Shown in pieces: positions 11,682-23,310 of a DNA stretch of 64,000 nt (position 1 is its first letter; each line of letters starts with the position of its first letter). The position numbers were made by a program, and so were the translations under genes. Location: contig NW_003314293.1 in the NCBI RefSeq assembly GCF_000143415.4, positions 767,497 to 831,496 of the forward strand, written 5' to 3'. The notes under the pieces are model-generated. The model was not told the origin of the DNA, made no database searches, and saw nothing but the letters and a program-made list of their open reading frames with translations. The DNA comes from Selaginella moellendorffii (taxonomy: Eukaryota > Plantae > Lycopodiophyta).

Positions 11682-13195
11682 ATGGCGCTACAAAATGGAT
11701 CCCTCCTTTCGTCAGACCGGAAATGTGTGAGGAGCCCGCGCATGAAGAACCACAAGCTCATCGTCTCCCAGTCCTTGATCCGCTCCTACCGCGCCAGTAT
11801 CCAGGATGAGCTCCAGAAGCACGCCTACAACTTCGTCCTCTGCGACCCAGGCCTTCCGGACCATCCCATTGTCTACGCCAGCGATGGTTTTCTCGAGATG
11901 ACGGGGTATAGCAGGGACGAGGTCCTGGGAAGGAACTGCCGGTTTTTGCAAGGGCGGGACACGGACAAGCGGGCTATCGTCGAGATACGAGAGGCGATTC
12001 GTGAAGAACGGGACTGTCAGATCAAGATCCTGAACTACACAAAGGCTGGCAAGCCGTTTTGGAACCTGTTCCATTTGGCGCCCGTCTTCTCGCAGCAGGA
12101 TGGCCGGGTGGTGCATTTCGTGGGAGTTCAACTTCCCATATCTTCGAAGGTTGCGGCTCGCAAGGACGGGCATTTGACGGGGCTGGAACTTTCGTTTGAC
12201 GAGCTCGAGTTTGAAGAACATTTTGGTAAGGTTTTTGTTCTTTCTTTTGCTTGAACGACGAATCTGTTCACTCGCAGATAACCCCTCGTGCAAGAATTAT
12301 CACTTGAGCGAGGAAGACAAACAAAGAGCTTTCGCGGCAGTCAAGGCTGTGCTACAGGAGCTGGCCAACTCGAGCTGCAAGGGAGTCAGTTCTATGAGAA
12401 GTAAGTCATTCTCCGAGGGTGTGATCCCTCCAGGATTCGTGGCCACCTCGTTGTTGTTGGCTTTAACTAGAATCCCACACAGTTTCGTCCTGTAAGTTCA
12501 GTAGCTCTCTCTTTCGCTTTCGTTTTTGTCTTGAGGCTTGATATAGTTTGTTTTTGCAGAACAGATCCTCATCTTCCTGATATGCCGATCGTACACGCGA
12601 GCCTCGAGTTTCTGGAGCTAACAGGTTTTGTTCTACTTTAAATGTAGAATTCTAATGCATGGCCATGAAACCGTGCAGGATACACGCGAGAAGAGGTCAT
12701 TGGTCGGAACTGTAGATTCTTGCAAGGACCTGACACTGATCTAGCGCCAATCGAGGAGGTAAAACTTTGTTGAAGTTACAAGTTTCCTGCTTCATCCTCA
12801 TCTTTCGTCAGCTACGATCGAGTATATCTGAGGGGCAAACTTGCACTATCCGCATTCTAAACTACAGGTAACATTCTCCTCTCGGCCTGTTAATAAACGA
12901 CTTGATAATCCTTGCTACCAGGAAGAACAAGGAACCCTTCTGGAACTCCTTACACATTTCTCCAGTGCGAAACTCAAGTGGAAAGGTTGTAAGTCTATTT
13001 CTTACGCACTCCTTGAAATGTTGTCCTTTTCAGGTAGCATACTACGCAGGAATTCAAGTAGCTGTATCTCATTCTAGCGAAGAGGACGAAGGGAGAGCTC
13101 GTATGCAGCAGCTGGGCACTTTGGGAGCTATAAAGGTGGCAGTGAGAAGCATACAGACTGGGCCGGTACTGCGAAAATCGAAAACCATAAGCTGA
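11682..13195 (+). CDS. LLP: LOV/LOV (PAS/LOV, twin-LOV) putative blue-light photoreceptor
   Basis: LOV1: FVLCDPGLPDHPIVYASDGFLEMTGYSRDEVLGRNCRFLQG. LOV2 is spread over short exons (DPHLPDMPIVHAS...IGRNCRFLQG...PFWNSLHISPVRN). No kinase follows. Confidence 0.9.
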
Positions 13196-13945
13196 AAACA
13201 TATCAACGCGATTTGTGAAAATGCGATCAAAGGTTTGTAATGTTTTGGATTTGAGATCAGGCAACCTTTCGTTGCTCTTTTGAAGTAAAATTTTCTCTAT
13301 AACAAGGAAAAATACAAAAATAAACTGTAAATACATGTGTGTGTGTGTATTTATTTATTTTTATATCCCCTAAGGTGTTCTTAATTTTTATTATTAATAG
13401 TAAAATATATACATTAGAGGGAAGAAAAGTGTGGTGGTTATTATCTTATAAATATGGTTACTGATTAGCTAATTGATATTAGCTTAAACTTGTTATACTT
13501 TACAACTTTACCAAGAATAAAAAAAAACTTTATTAGAAATGTTTTAATCTCGTTGCACTTCCCATTATTAGAAAAAATGCTATTACAAACTATATGTTTA
13601 GCATCATAAACGTATTCTTTCTACAAATATAATAGCCTAAATTATTAAAAGATGTAAATTGAAAAACTATAGAATAGTCAAAGAATTAATTATGTAAACA
13701 TTTAAACTCATGCAATCCTGTTAGTGATTTCATATATCCTAATACTTTCAAGATAACTTCATGCCCATGTACGGTTGTCCCCAGGCTAAATGTAAACAAT
13801 TAAATTTCCTCAGTTCTTTTATCAACATGAAAATGCTAAAATGTGGTAACTGCTAAGATTTTTGCTAAAATTACGGGGTGGAATTTGATACATGGCACAG
13901 ATCAAGCACTGCTGCTGCTTGGAGTAGCCTGCATTGTTCGTTCTT

Positions 13946-14389
13946 TCACGATTCATACTCTAGAACAAGGAAGAGTACGTAGAAAAGTTGTGTTCCTCCC
14001 GCTACAATCGCAAAGGCCTCGAGAGTTTTCTGCAAGCATCCAAGAAATCGAGTTTGGGAGAAAGAAAAGAAGGGAGAAGATTTCACTTACTAGTCTATCC
14101 TGTTTGACAGAACCCAGGATGATGTGCTTGGCAGAAAAGCTGTCAAAAAAGAAGTGGTTTGTAGGTAAATCTTCTTAGAACTATACCCGGTGGCAAGAAG
14201 TAAGAGGACGAGGGCGATGACTCCCACGCACACTGCTCCCACCATAGTTTCATGCTTATGATGCCTGGCATGTAACAGTCCTATCATGGCCGATGCCACT
14301 CCCACTGCGGCGGCTGTGAGGGAGAATCTCACCAAGTCGAAGATGGCGTTGTTGTCTACACACATTTTCCATGGAGGATTCATGAGAGT

Positions 14390-14435
<46 letters not shown>

Positions 14436-14580
14436 GTTTCTTACCTGCTAGCGCGGAGAGGTCATTGAGTTGATGGTTTACTTCAAAGCTTGCCAGGCCC
14501 AAGAGCGTGAGATCAGCGAGCAGAGCTAGAACCAGCAAAGCCAGCAGAGGAGATGAGCTTCTTCCTCGCTTCATTGCCAT
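13946..14580 (-). CDS. AWPM-19-like plasma membrane protein (4 exons)
   Basis: Spliced product includes NAIFDLVRFSLTAAAVGVASAMIGLLHAR...LLLLATGFSAKHI...RLKTLEAFAIVAGGTQLFY, matching the AWPM-19 pattern (FALxAGVVGxAS, LLAxGxAxKEI, RLxTxEAF..TQL.Y). Confidence 0.8.
14388..14436. repeat. Compound (GT)n(GA)n microsatellite in the first intron of the AWPM-19-like gene
   Basis: Directly visible in the sequence. Confidence 0.95.
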
Positions 14581-14799
14581 ATTCCTACTTCTCTCTTTGA
14601 ATCGATCTTCTAGCCGCAAATTCTATATGATTTCCAACAAATTTATCACAAACACCACCTATTTCTTTCTTTTCTTTCACTCCCTCTTGCAAGCCCCCAA
14701 ACACTTCTTTTATACCGAAGCTCGACGATCAGAGTTTTGGAACTTACTGTCCTCGCCCCTCGTATACATCGTGTAGCTATGCATTTCTGCGTGTGAGAG

Positions 14800-15235
14800 G
14801 AACAGTGCGAGGAGAGGAAAGTGGTGGCTGACAGTGAGTTCCAGAAGATGGAGCTGGTTGACAAGAAGGCCGACGAAGATATCTTAATCAAACTGGTAAA
14901 GTCCTTCGATTGTTATGTTATGCGAGAAAGAGAGACTGACTGAGTTTCATACTCGACAGGGAGCGGACAAGGCCAAGAAGAAAGAAGGGGAGAAGGATGA
15001 TAAGACCAAGAAGGTAAGTGGATGGGCTTGTTTGTGGCTTTCTTTTAACGATGAGCGTGTTTTCGTTTCTTCAGTCGGTGCCGATCGAGTTCCGGAAATC
15101 CGAGGCCGAGAATCAGTATGGCGGACGTGGTGGCAATCGCGGCCGCGGCCGCGGGAGAGGCCTCAACAACAACACGCGGCTTCGGCTCCCGAGATTGCTG
15201 ATTTCCAGCAGTTCCCGTCTCTGGGAGGGAAATGA
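14800..15235 (+). pseudogene. RGG-repeat RNA-binding protein (HABP4/Stm1/RGGA family), 3' fragment with frameshift
   Basis: ERKVVADSEFQKM...ILIKL|GADKAKKKE...KK|SV, then GGRGGNRGRGRGR in one frame and the terminal APEIADFQQFPSLGGK in another. No 5' exons recognised. Confidence 0.65.
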
Positions 15236-15524
15236 GATCTCAGCACTCGATTTCTTCTTAACTCTCTCGTTTCCTCTCGTGCTCTTCTTTTTTGCTTGTG
15301 TGTGTGATCTGTTGGCTGGCACTTCTCTCGCTCTCCCCCTTTTTTCTTAACACTTGAGAAACTTGGAAAACATCTATGCATCTTTGTGATGCATGTCATG
15401 AAATGAAGCTTTTGTTTGACATCACACAGTTCCTTCGCTCATTTCTTTCGTTCTTGTTCTGGAGATTTACATTGACCTGATCTGGATTGTGATAATTTCA
15501 CTCTTATTTACTCCTGATTTTTGC

Positions 15525-16392
15525 TCAAGCTTTGGTGGCCAGCATTGCTGTTGCAACTCCAGCGATTCCAACGGTGAGAGCAATGCTTCCTCCATACTTG
15601 GCTCCAAACTCAGCAAAGTTGACGCAGGAATCCATGGCGGCATAGCCCTCTGCGTAGATTTCCTTGCTGACGATGTTGTAGATGGCGCGAAGTGGAGCGA
15701 GCACGGCCTGGTATGCGTATGGGAGGTACTCAGTTGCACCAATGGCATCAAAGAGGGAGTCCAGGAACCACTCGCTGTGAGAGGAAGCCTCCACGTTGTT
15801 AACCATGATGTTGCCGGAGAGAGTGAATGGGTTGTAGAGACCCAGCTTCTCCACCTTGGCAAGTTCTATAATTGTCAAAAGTAAGAGCAAAGTCTCAAAA
15901 GAAGTATGATGTTACCAGTGATTTGAGATGATCCCCAGAGAGTTTCTCCAACCTGGAGATCCTTGGCTCGCTTGTACACAAGCTTTCCCTTGGCGTCGAC
16001 TGGGATGAAGTGGCCCTCGCTAAGCTCGATCATGTCTGAGGCGGTGTGGACCTGGATGAACTCGGAGATCACATCGGCGTCCTTGTGGCCGAATGCGTAG
16101 ACATCCGAGAACACGTTTTTGCTCACTGCAACCTTTAGATCTGGCACTTTTATGGGCTTTCGAGAAACTTAAGAGCAATATAATACCTTGTCTCCAACTT
16201 TGAGATCTCTCATGAGTTTGAGGTCGCCGTTATACATTTGGACGGTGGCATCGCCTTTGCAAACATAAAGCCTGTGATTGGCTGTAAAATCGCTTGCAGA
16301 TTCTTACCTGGGAAACATGAGGTGTTGGTCGCTAGAACAACGCTAGCAAGAACAGCGAAGAGAGAAGTAGCAAAGAAAAAAGTGTGAGCCAT
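15525..16392 (-). CDS. Secreted Hedgehog-related Hint (Hog) domain protein, 236 aa; exons 16392-16308, 16254-16187, 16132-15916, 15865-15525
   Basis: Signal peptide, then TNTS-CFPGDATVQMYNGDLKLMRDLKVGDKV...FSDVYAFGHKD...FIQVHT..IELSEGHFI...RAKDLQVGE...GLYNPFTLSGNIMVNNVEAS. All Hedgehog-type Hint blocks are present. Three GT-AG introns (53, 54, 50 nt) keep the frame. Confidence 0.9.
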
Positions 16393-16779
16393 AGAGAACT
16401 CTACACTATGAAAGCCTAGAAAGATAGGAAAAGAAGCTCTAGAAGCGATGTTAAATCCTAGAGACGAGTGTTGGTGATCCTAAAACTTTGATAGCAAGAA
16501 TTATTTAATTCTAAGTACATATTTGAGATGCCGCATCATTGACAAGAAAGCTCTCCATAGCAATTTACTTAAATAATGACTACGAAAGAAATTAAATGTT
16601 CATTAAGAAAAATAAAACGAGTTATGGAGTTTCAAGGAATATTCTAAGAACCTTGCCCTAAAAGTGTCTAGGGTGGTGTGAGCGCAGCAGCTATCGAATA
16701 AAGCTAAACTCGCGGATAAAGCTATCAGTGGATCTGCCCAGCACACTCGCGGATAAACTCTTACTCCTGGTTGGGCGGC

Positions 16780-17575
16780 ATGTTCTGGCGGCGGCTTTTT
16801 GGAGGTGAGTGAGTAGAAGAGCGCAAGAGCCCAGCTAACATTTAGCTGCCCGCGGATGCAGCACGCTCGCGGAAACTATAGCTCGGGCTCGAGCTCGTGC
16901 TCCTGCTCCTCCTCTCAAGCTCGCCTTGTTCCTCTTCTGCGATATCTGCTACAACCGGCAGTTGACTGCATGCGACACGACGTTGCTTGATCACCCGAGC
17001 TATGCTCATGGAAACATCTGCCCCAAGCAGCGTCGTACACATGCAAATGCCCTTTACTGGGGGGCGCCTTGGAGCATTCCAGCCTACTTGTACGACAACG
17101 AAATGGAGCCTTCAATGACGCCGCTGGAGCCCTGCCACGTCAGGAGCATCGAAGCCGTGGGCTGCATTTCCACGTTCGAGCTCGGCCTGCTGTGTCGGGG
17201 TCCTCCGGCGGAATTCGTGATCGATGGAACTTTAGGAGAGCTTGATGCTAAAGAAGTCCTCGTCTATAAGGAATCCATCTGGCAGAATCGGGTCTCCACT
17301 GGCTACATCCTTCTAAGGCATTGCAGTATGGCTCTCTGGACTGGGTTGTCAACTACGACGACTTCCGGGGCATGCCCATGGCACTGTCGGCCAGGAAGTT
17401 CGTCCAGGCGTCTCATGACCGCGGAGAGGATCCTGTCAAGGAGCTGAACGCTGTGGACGCGATCGGGATCAGAAAGTGCGTCGTGGTGGATCTCCGCGGT
17501 ATTGGCATCAATAGAAAGATGGGCCTCTTTTTCGCCGAAGATGCTCTACGCGACGTGCTGCCGTGTGTGTTTTGA
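16780..17575 (+). CDS. Hypothetical protein with an Arg-rich, transit-peptide-like N-terminus
   Basis: MFWRRLFG|AARGCSTLAETIARARARAP... splices into the 16926 frame and probably continues in the 17321-17575 frame through a weak donor or a frameshift. No family recognised. Confidence 0.4.
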
Positions 17576-17732
17576 ATGTTTAGTGAATATGCCCTTCAAC
17601 GGTCAACACTAGCATTATCTCCTAGTCAACGCAAAATAAACGTGGGACATTTGCAAAATCTAGGCATGGCGCTTCTCTTCTCTTTCCCCACTGATTTCTC
17701 CAAAACCGGAAAAAGTAAGGAATTGGATCGAG

Positions 17733-19097
17733 ATGGCGACTGGCGGTGGCACTGATCGGCGAATCGTGCACGGTGTGCTCATGTTCACCCAGATCACATT
17801 CGGCATCAGTTACGTTCTCAACAAGGTTGCTCTCAACAATGGCGTCAACAAGATCGTCTTCTCGGTCTACCGGGATATCGTGGCCATCTTGTTCTTGGCG
17901 CCTCTTGCTTACTTCACCGAAAGGTATGAAATCTATAGCTTCAATGTCTTGCGATAGTTTCAACCCACTCAAACATCAGGAATGAGAGAACCCAGCTCAA
18001 TGCCAAACTTTTCAGCACCGTGTTTCTTCTGGGATTCATCGGGTAATTTATGAGTTCTCCAGCGGTGAAAGTTCACGTTTCATTCTTCTTCGTTTTTACC
18101 TTTCTATTTTCACAGGGTCTATGGTGCACAGCTTCTAGTGCTTACTGGACTCTCATTGACATCGTCTGGCTTTGTATCTATCATGCAAAGTGTAACTCCA
18201 GTGTGTGCTTTTCTCATTGCCATGGTTTTCAGGTACGTTACTTTTGTATGATCTTCTCAAAAAGCTTTCGATCTTGCCTACAGGCTGGAACACATTCGAT
18301 TCAAAAGGATAGACGGCCAGGCTAAACTCTTGGGAGTGATACTGTCGATCGCAGGAACTTTCATAGCCTCGGTCTTTAAAGGCCACGCAGTTGTTGGAGC
18401 AAGCAATGGTTTCACTTTAGATCTCTCGCCTTGGAACCTCGGTGCACTTGTCCTTGCTGCAAACAGCTTGTGCATTGGAGCTTACATAAATCTACAGGTT
18501 TCGTAGTTCTTCCAAAGTTTGCGATCACTGGTATCGATTGTTTTCTTCTTTTCGATAGGCGCCAATTCTCAAGCACTATCCAGCACCATTTTCATTGACA
18601 GCACTCTCGTACGTTTGTGGAATGGTCTGCCTAGCGGCCACAGGAGCGTTTACAGTAAATCTGTCGGTTTGGAGGATCACCAAGCTTGTAGATGTGATTG
18701 CTTTCACTTATGCGGTACGTAAGATCAGCTTTCTTCATTGTTTGCCAGTTCGTGAATTTATCATCTCTTCTTTCTTGTTCAGGGAATCGTTTCTTCGGGC
18801 TTAAACTTCGCATTGCAGACGTGGTGCGTCCACAAAGTCGGGCCTTTCTTAGTTATCGCGTATTTTCCCCTCCAGGCCATTGTTGCAAGCTTCCTAGCAT
18901 TCATATTCTTGAAAGACTCCCTCTTCCTTGGAAGGTAAAAGAGACCACTTTGGAGGTTCTTCTTACTTTTGCTTCTTTTCCCCAGCATTGTTGGCGGACT
19001 ATTTATCGTATCAGGACTCTATTTTGTGACATGGGGACAAGTCAAGCAAAAAAAGCTAGACGCTCAAGAAGAACCCACAGAACCTTTGATCGCCTAG
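17733..19097 (+). CDS. WAT1-related / MtN21 (UMAMIT, EamA-like) transporter
   Basis: VLNKVALNNGVNKIVFSVYRDIVAILFLAPLAYFTER, GQAKLLGVILSIAG, LQTWCVHKVGPFLVIAYFPLQ, LFLGSIVGG. Multi-exon, GT-AG introns. Confidence 0.92.
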
Positions 19098-19262
19098 ATT
19101 TATATGACCATTACCTCTGAAAGGATCCTGACGATTCAGAACACCCGTTCTTTCATGCCTGTGAATGAAAGACACGAACATTCAAGAAACAACATTCGTC
19201 ACCTGGAAATCAATCTAGAGGTCTAGAGAGCACGAAAGAACTCTGAAACCAGTTCTTCTTTG

Positions 19263-20658
19263 TCATCTCTGGTTGAATCCCAAAGCAGCAGCGGCACCAA
19301 ATCCCGATAGCTGTGCTCGGTGGCTCGACTTTGGGCTCTTGCTTCGCCTCAAGCCCTCTGGCACTGGCGACTTCGCTGATCCCAGCCGCAAAGAATCATA
19401 TACGTCGCTGCTAGACTTCAGCTTGCCACGGTCCATCAGCCCCGTGCTTGACAAATCCTGGCTTGGAAACTCCACTCCTTTCCAGGCCACCGATCTCGCC
19501 GGCTTCAACAGTGGTTTCTTCATGCCGGTCATCCAGTCGTAATGGTTGTCCATGCCTTGGAGCTCGGAGAACACCTGTGTCACCGAAGGAACGACTTTAA
19601 CTTCGTCCTCTTGCAACACCGTGACCTTGTCGTCACTCGAGCTCTCGGTGTATTTGGCAGAGACCGGAAGTGGAGCTGGCTCGATGTCTATGTCTGGCTC
19701 TGGTTCTGGTGTCTTGTTTGCGCGGCGGCCGTGATATATCTCCTTGGCTCTTGGAGAATCGAGTAAGGCCACTGCGCAGGACTTCTGGTTGCCTCGGATG
19801 CAATCGCAAACTCGGCTCTGGACCCTCATGTCATCCGGACATGAACTGTCAAAGTATGCGTTGTAGATCACAAACTGATTAGCCTGCGAGAGAAAAAAAA
19901 ACTCTGACACAGGAAATATGAAAGCAGCAAACCTGAGGATAAAATCTTTTCAGGTTGTAATGCTTAGCGAGGAACGAGAGAAGTTTTTGTGATGGTCGAT
20001 CGTATCTGAAACCGCAAAGTTACATATCAGCTGCGGTTTAAACAAGGAAAGAAGCAAAATTTACCCGATCTGGTACGCAAGTTTCTTCGTATGAACAAGC
20101 ATGGCGTCGAAAAGCTGCCGACCAAGACCGATTCTGTTCTATGACCTTGTCAAAATTAGAAGAACAACTTAATCTCTGAACTGAGCCGAGAGAAAGAAAA
20201 AAGAAACGACGAGAGAAAGAGGAGAATACCTTTGGCACGAAACGTGGACATAGAAATCCAGCACGCACAATGGATTGATCTCCACGAGAGCACCGCACTC
20301 CTTCCGGATGAACAAGTTCTTCTGCCCAACTTTGAGCAGCCCCTTGACGAGGATCACGTCTTTGCTCGGCCCGTTGCTCGTGAGGAGGTATAGAGCCTGC
20401 GAACCCAGACGAATGCGCTCGTAGTCTGTGATGGGAACTTTCAACTTCTGTGCCTGCGCTGACAGCCTTCCCATATCGTCGATCACTCTTCTCATATCTT
20501 CCTTCTCGGCAGGATTCAAGCGACCTGGACGAAGAGAGAAAACTGTTAAAAGTTGCCAAAGCGCTCTTCAAGTTACCAAGCTTTTGGCCGTCCCAAATCG
20601 TGACTCTAGCTCCTTGCGGTCCACTCTTTAAACAAGCGATGCAGTTCTGCGCCTCCAT
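19263..20658 (-). CDS. ATAT1: Alpha-tubulin N-acetyltransferase (ATAT1/MEC-17 family)
   Basis: VIDDMGRLSAQAQKLKVPITD, GLLKVGQKNLFI, PLCVLDFYVHVSCQR|IGLGRQLFDAML, G|YDRPSQKLLSFLAKHYNL, PQ|ANQFVIY: the diagnostic MEC-17 motifs, followed by a disordered tail. Confidence 0.92.
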
Positions 20659-21073
20659 GCCAGGATCACCTCTTAAGTTCCAGTTTGTTCCATGATAGCA
20701 GGGACGAAACACGTCGCGTGGAGAGCCCTAGAAGCTCTCATCGTCATCCCAAACAACTGAAAAAACAAAACAAAACCGTTAAAGTTAGTTACCTCCGCGT
20801 CCGAACTAAACAATCCACCAACAAAAAAGCATTCAGAAATTTAACAATTAAATTTAACAATTTAGAAAATCCGTTAGAAGAATTAGGCTACTCTACAGAG
20901 GTTCATGGTACCTCGCGCGTGAAAAAGAAAGGACAGGAGCTCGCAACAGCTTACATTTCTTTCTCTCATGGGGGCGATGCCATTGTGCGATATCTGATAG
21001 AAATCTTCTGCCCTAAAATGTGATCACAAAAAATATGTTGAAGATTTAAGCGATTAGTTTTTAACATGATCAG

Positions 21074-21145
21074 ATCATAGTGGTGCAGCAGAAGCGTGGT
21101 GGGCCCATAACCCATAGGTCGGAGGATCGAAACCTCTCTCTGATA
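21074..21145 (+). tRNA. Initiator tRNA-Met (CAT), probably degenerate
   Basis: ATCATAGTGGTGCAGCAGAAGCGTGGTGGGCCCATAACCCATAGGTCGGAGGATCGAAACCTCTCTCTGATA matches plant tRNA-iMet (A1:U72, ATCGAAA T-loop) but has an acceptor-stem mismatch and transition changes. Confidence 0.75.
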
Positions 21146-21257
21146 AACCGATCTAGGTTTGATAGTGTCTACCAACCTTTTGAGATGGGTTTGTGTGGTT
21201 GATGTAACTACCTAGATTGTCGTGAGAGTCTACCAATCTTCTGAGAATCGATTGGAG

Positions 21258-21879
21258 ATGGGTTTGTCGACAGGAGCTTGCTTGGCCCTTTGCTGCTTCT
21301 TACTGTGCTGCCAAGCCTCAGGTATCATCATCCCATTCCTCGCAGAGTTTCATACTCGCCGTCAATGCAGGATCGCAGGGGCCGATGAGGAGACTCTTCC
21401 AAGTTAAAGCTCGTAAGTTCTTCTTCTCCTGTCTTGGTTTCTTGCTTCGATCCCTTCGATGGCTTTCCACTTTACTTGGAGGACCTTCCTGTCGAATGGT
21501 CATGCATGGTGATGGGCAGGGGATAACGTTCTTTTGACTTCATTCGATCTGTGCTTCCATTCTCGTTGCTTTCACCGACCGTGCTGCTGAAACTTTCTTT
21601 GCAGCTTGCCCATTTGATTTCGGGACCGTCAACTATACCAGTATCACGAGCGTATGCAAGTCGCCATACCCGCGAAAGCCCTGCTGCGACTCTTTCATCG
21701 CACTCACCTGTAGGTACATCACTTACTTCAATGATCTAAACACCACTTGCGCGGACGAGATGTTTGCGTACCTCAACAATGCCGGGGCTTACCCGGGTGG
21801 CCTCTTTGCCAATATCTGCGTTGCCGGGCCCGAGGGCCTGCCTTGTCCCGCCGCACCAGCTCCTCTCCCAGTTCCATAA
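21258..21879 (+). CDS. LLG: LORELEI-like (LLG) Cys-rich protein, apparently without a GPI signal; 3 exons
   Basis: Signal peptide MGLSTGACLALCCFLLCCQAS, then RRLFQVKAPCPFDFGTVNYTSITSVCKSPYPRKPCCDSFIALTC...NDLNTTCADEMFAYLNNAGAYPGGLFANICVAGPEGLPCP: the 8-Cys LRE/LLG pattern. Confidence 0.88.
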
Positions 21880-22271
21880 TAACTTTCTCGGTTTAACTGA
21901 GCCGTTCGGGGTTAAGGCTTAACTAAACCCGTTATGTAGAAGAGAGACGCTATATTTTTCAAGTGATCAACCCTGGGAAGACTGGCCAGCCCAGGGACCT
22001 GAGGGATAGTCTGAGCCGATCCCGGGTTCGAACCCACCCGAAGAAGAGGGACCCTCAAATAAAACAAACTGATCACTCCTTTTATTTTCCCAAGCATGTC
22101 GGGGCACGGATTCGAACACATCACTCTTTCGTACTTGGCCGAATTTGGCGCCTCGCACCCAACCACTGAAGACACTGGCCTTCTCCGCTGCTCGGAATTC
22201 TGCCAAACCCTCCTCGTCGTCACCAACAATGAAACGCGAATCAAGCTTGGCAATTTCCTCTATCGTCTGGC

Positions 22272-22939
22272 TCACATAATGAATCTTCTCAATTCACAAT
22301 CAGCGGGATACAACCTCCAGATTATGGTGTTTGCAGGTTTCTTTCGGCTGCTTTACCAGACATCTTCTGCCAGCAGCCGAGGTTGTGGTCAGCAGACAAC
22401 CTTCAACTGGTGTGTAGTACCGGAATGACGAGCTATCTCGCTGATGAGATGGGAACAGCAAAGGTCCTCAACCCAGAATTTCTAGCAGGTCCAGATCTGG
22501 TGATCCACTGAAGACGAAGACAACAAGGAGTTGATCCTCTTTGCACAGTTCAAGCTCGTGAACTTTCTTGACAAGAAGAAGTTCGGGCAAGGTGTGTCGA
22601 TGACGAGTCCCGAGTTCATATTCAGGTCTTCCGCGAAACTGAGGGCAGAGTCCCAGAAGGAGGTTGGTAACCGCTGGCATTATCATGTTGATGGTAGTGT
22701 ATCCAGCAGTCTTCAAGAAGGAGCCTATGCCTCCTGCTGTTGAGGTGATTCCTGCTGCAGGCGGTGTTGGTCCCCAGCTCAAGATCACCATTCATGCTGG
22801 CAACGCAAAGCAATTGTTTTCTCAGGAGTAAATGGTCTTCATCTGTGTGCTGTGATCATTGCTAACTTGTTTTGACAGTTTGGTAAACTTTCTAGACGTG
22901 TACAAGGGATTCAAAGTTGGAGAGCCCGAGTCCTTGGCA
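22272..22939 (+). pseudogene. Decayed partial duplicate of the 3' part of the Crinkler-like gene (34159-34894), including its last intron
   Basis: Direct nucleotide match, e.g. ATAATGAATCTTCTCAATTCACAATC and GAAGACAACAAGGAG...GCACAGTTC, with several deletions. Confidence 0.9.
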
Positions 22940-23310
22940 AGGAAAAGGATAGAACTAGGCGAGATGGAGCTCGGACCGGGGGGCGAGGAAGAAGAGCCCA
23001 TTGAGTGTGCCTAGAGTCTACACTTTACACAGAAAAAACATGGGAATAACATACTGGGGAAGAGAATGAGATGGAGAGAGCGATCGAACCGACCAGAGAA
23101 AGGAAGGAAAGAAAACAAAAACACTCTTCTTGACAACAAGAAAAGAGCAAGCCTCCAAATTGTTGCCGACGAGGATCTCTCAAGCTTGCGATGGTGGCGC
23201 GCTTCGCACTTCAAATCACTCTGCAAACTTTAATACCTCAGAGAGAAACTGGACACTTGTTCTAGCCTTGGCGGATTCTGTGTAGGGAGACGAACATGTT
23301 CCATGTTTTC

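Noticed and set aside
21960-22120. B-box-like GGTTCGAACC motifs suggesting a tRNA or SINE
   Set aside because: I could not build a cloverleaf or find an A-box.
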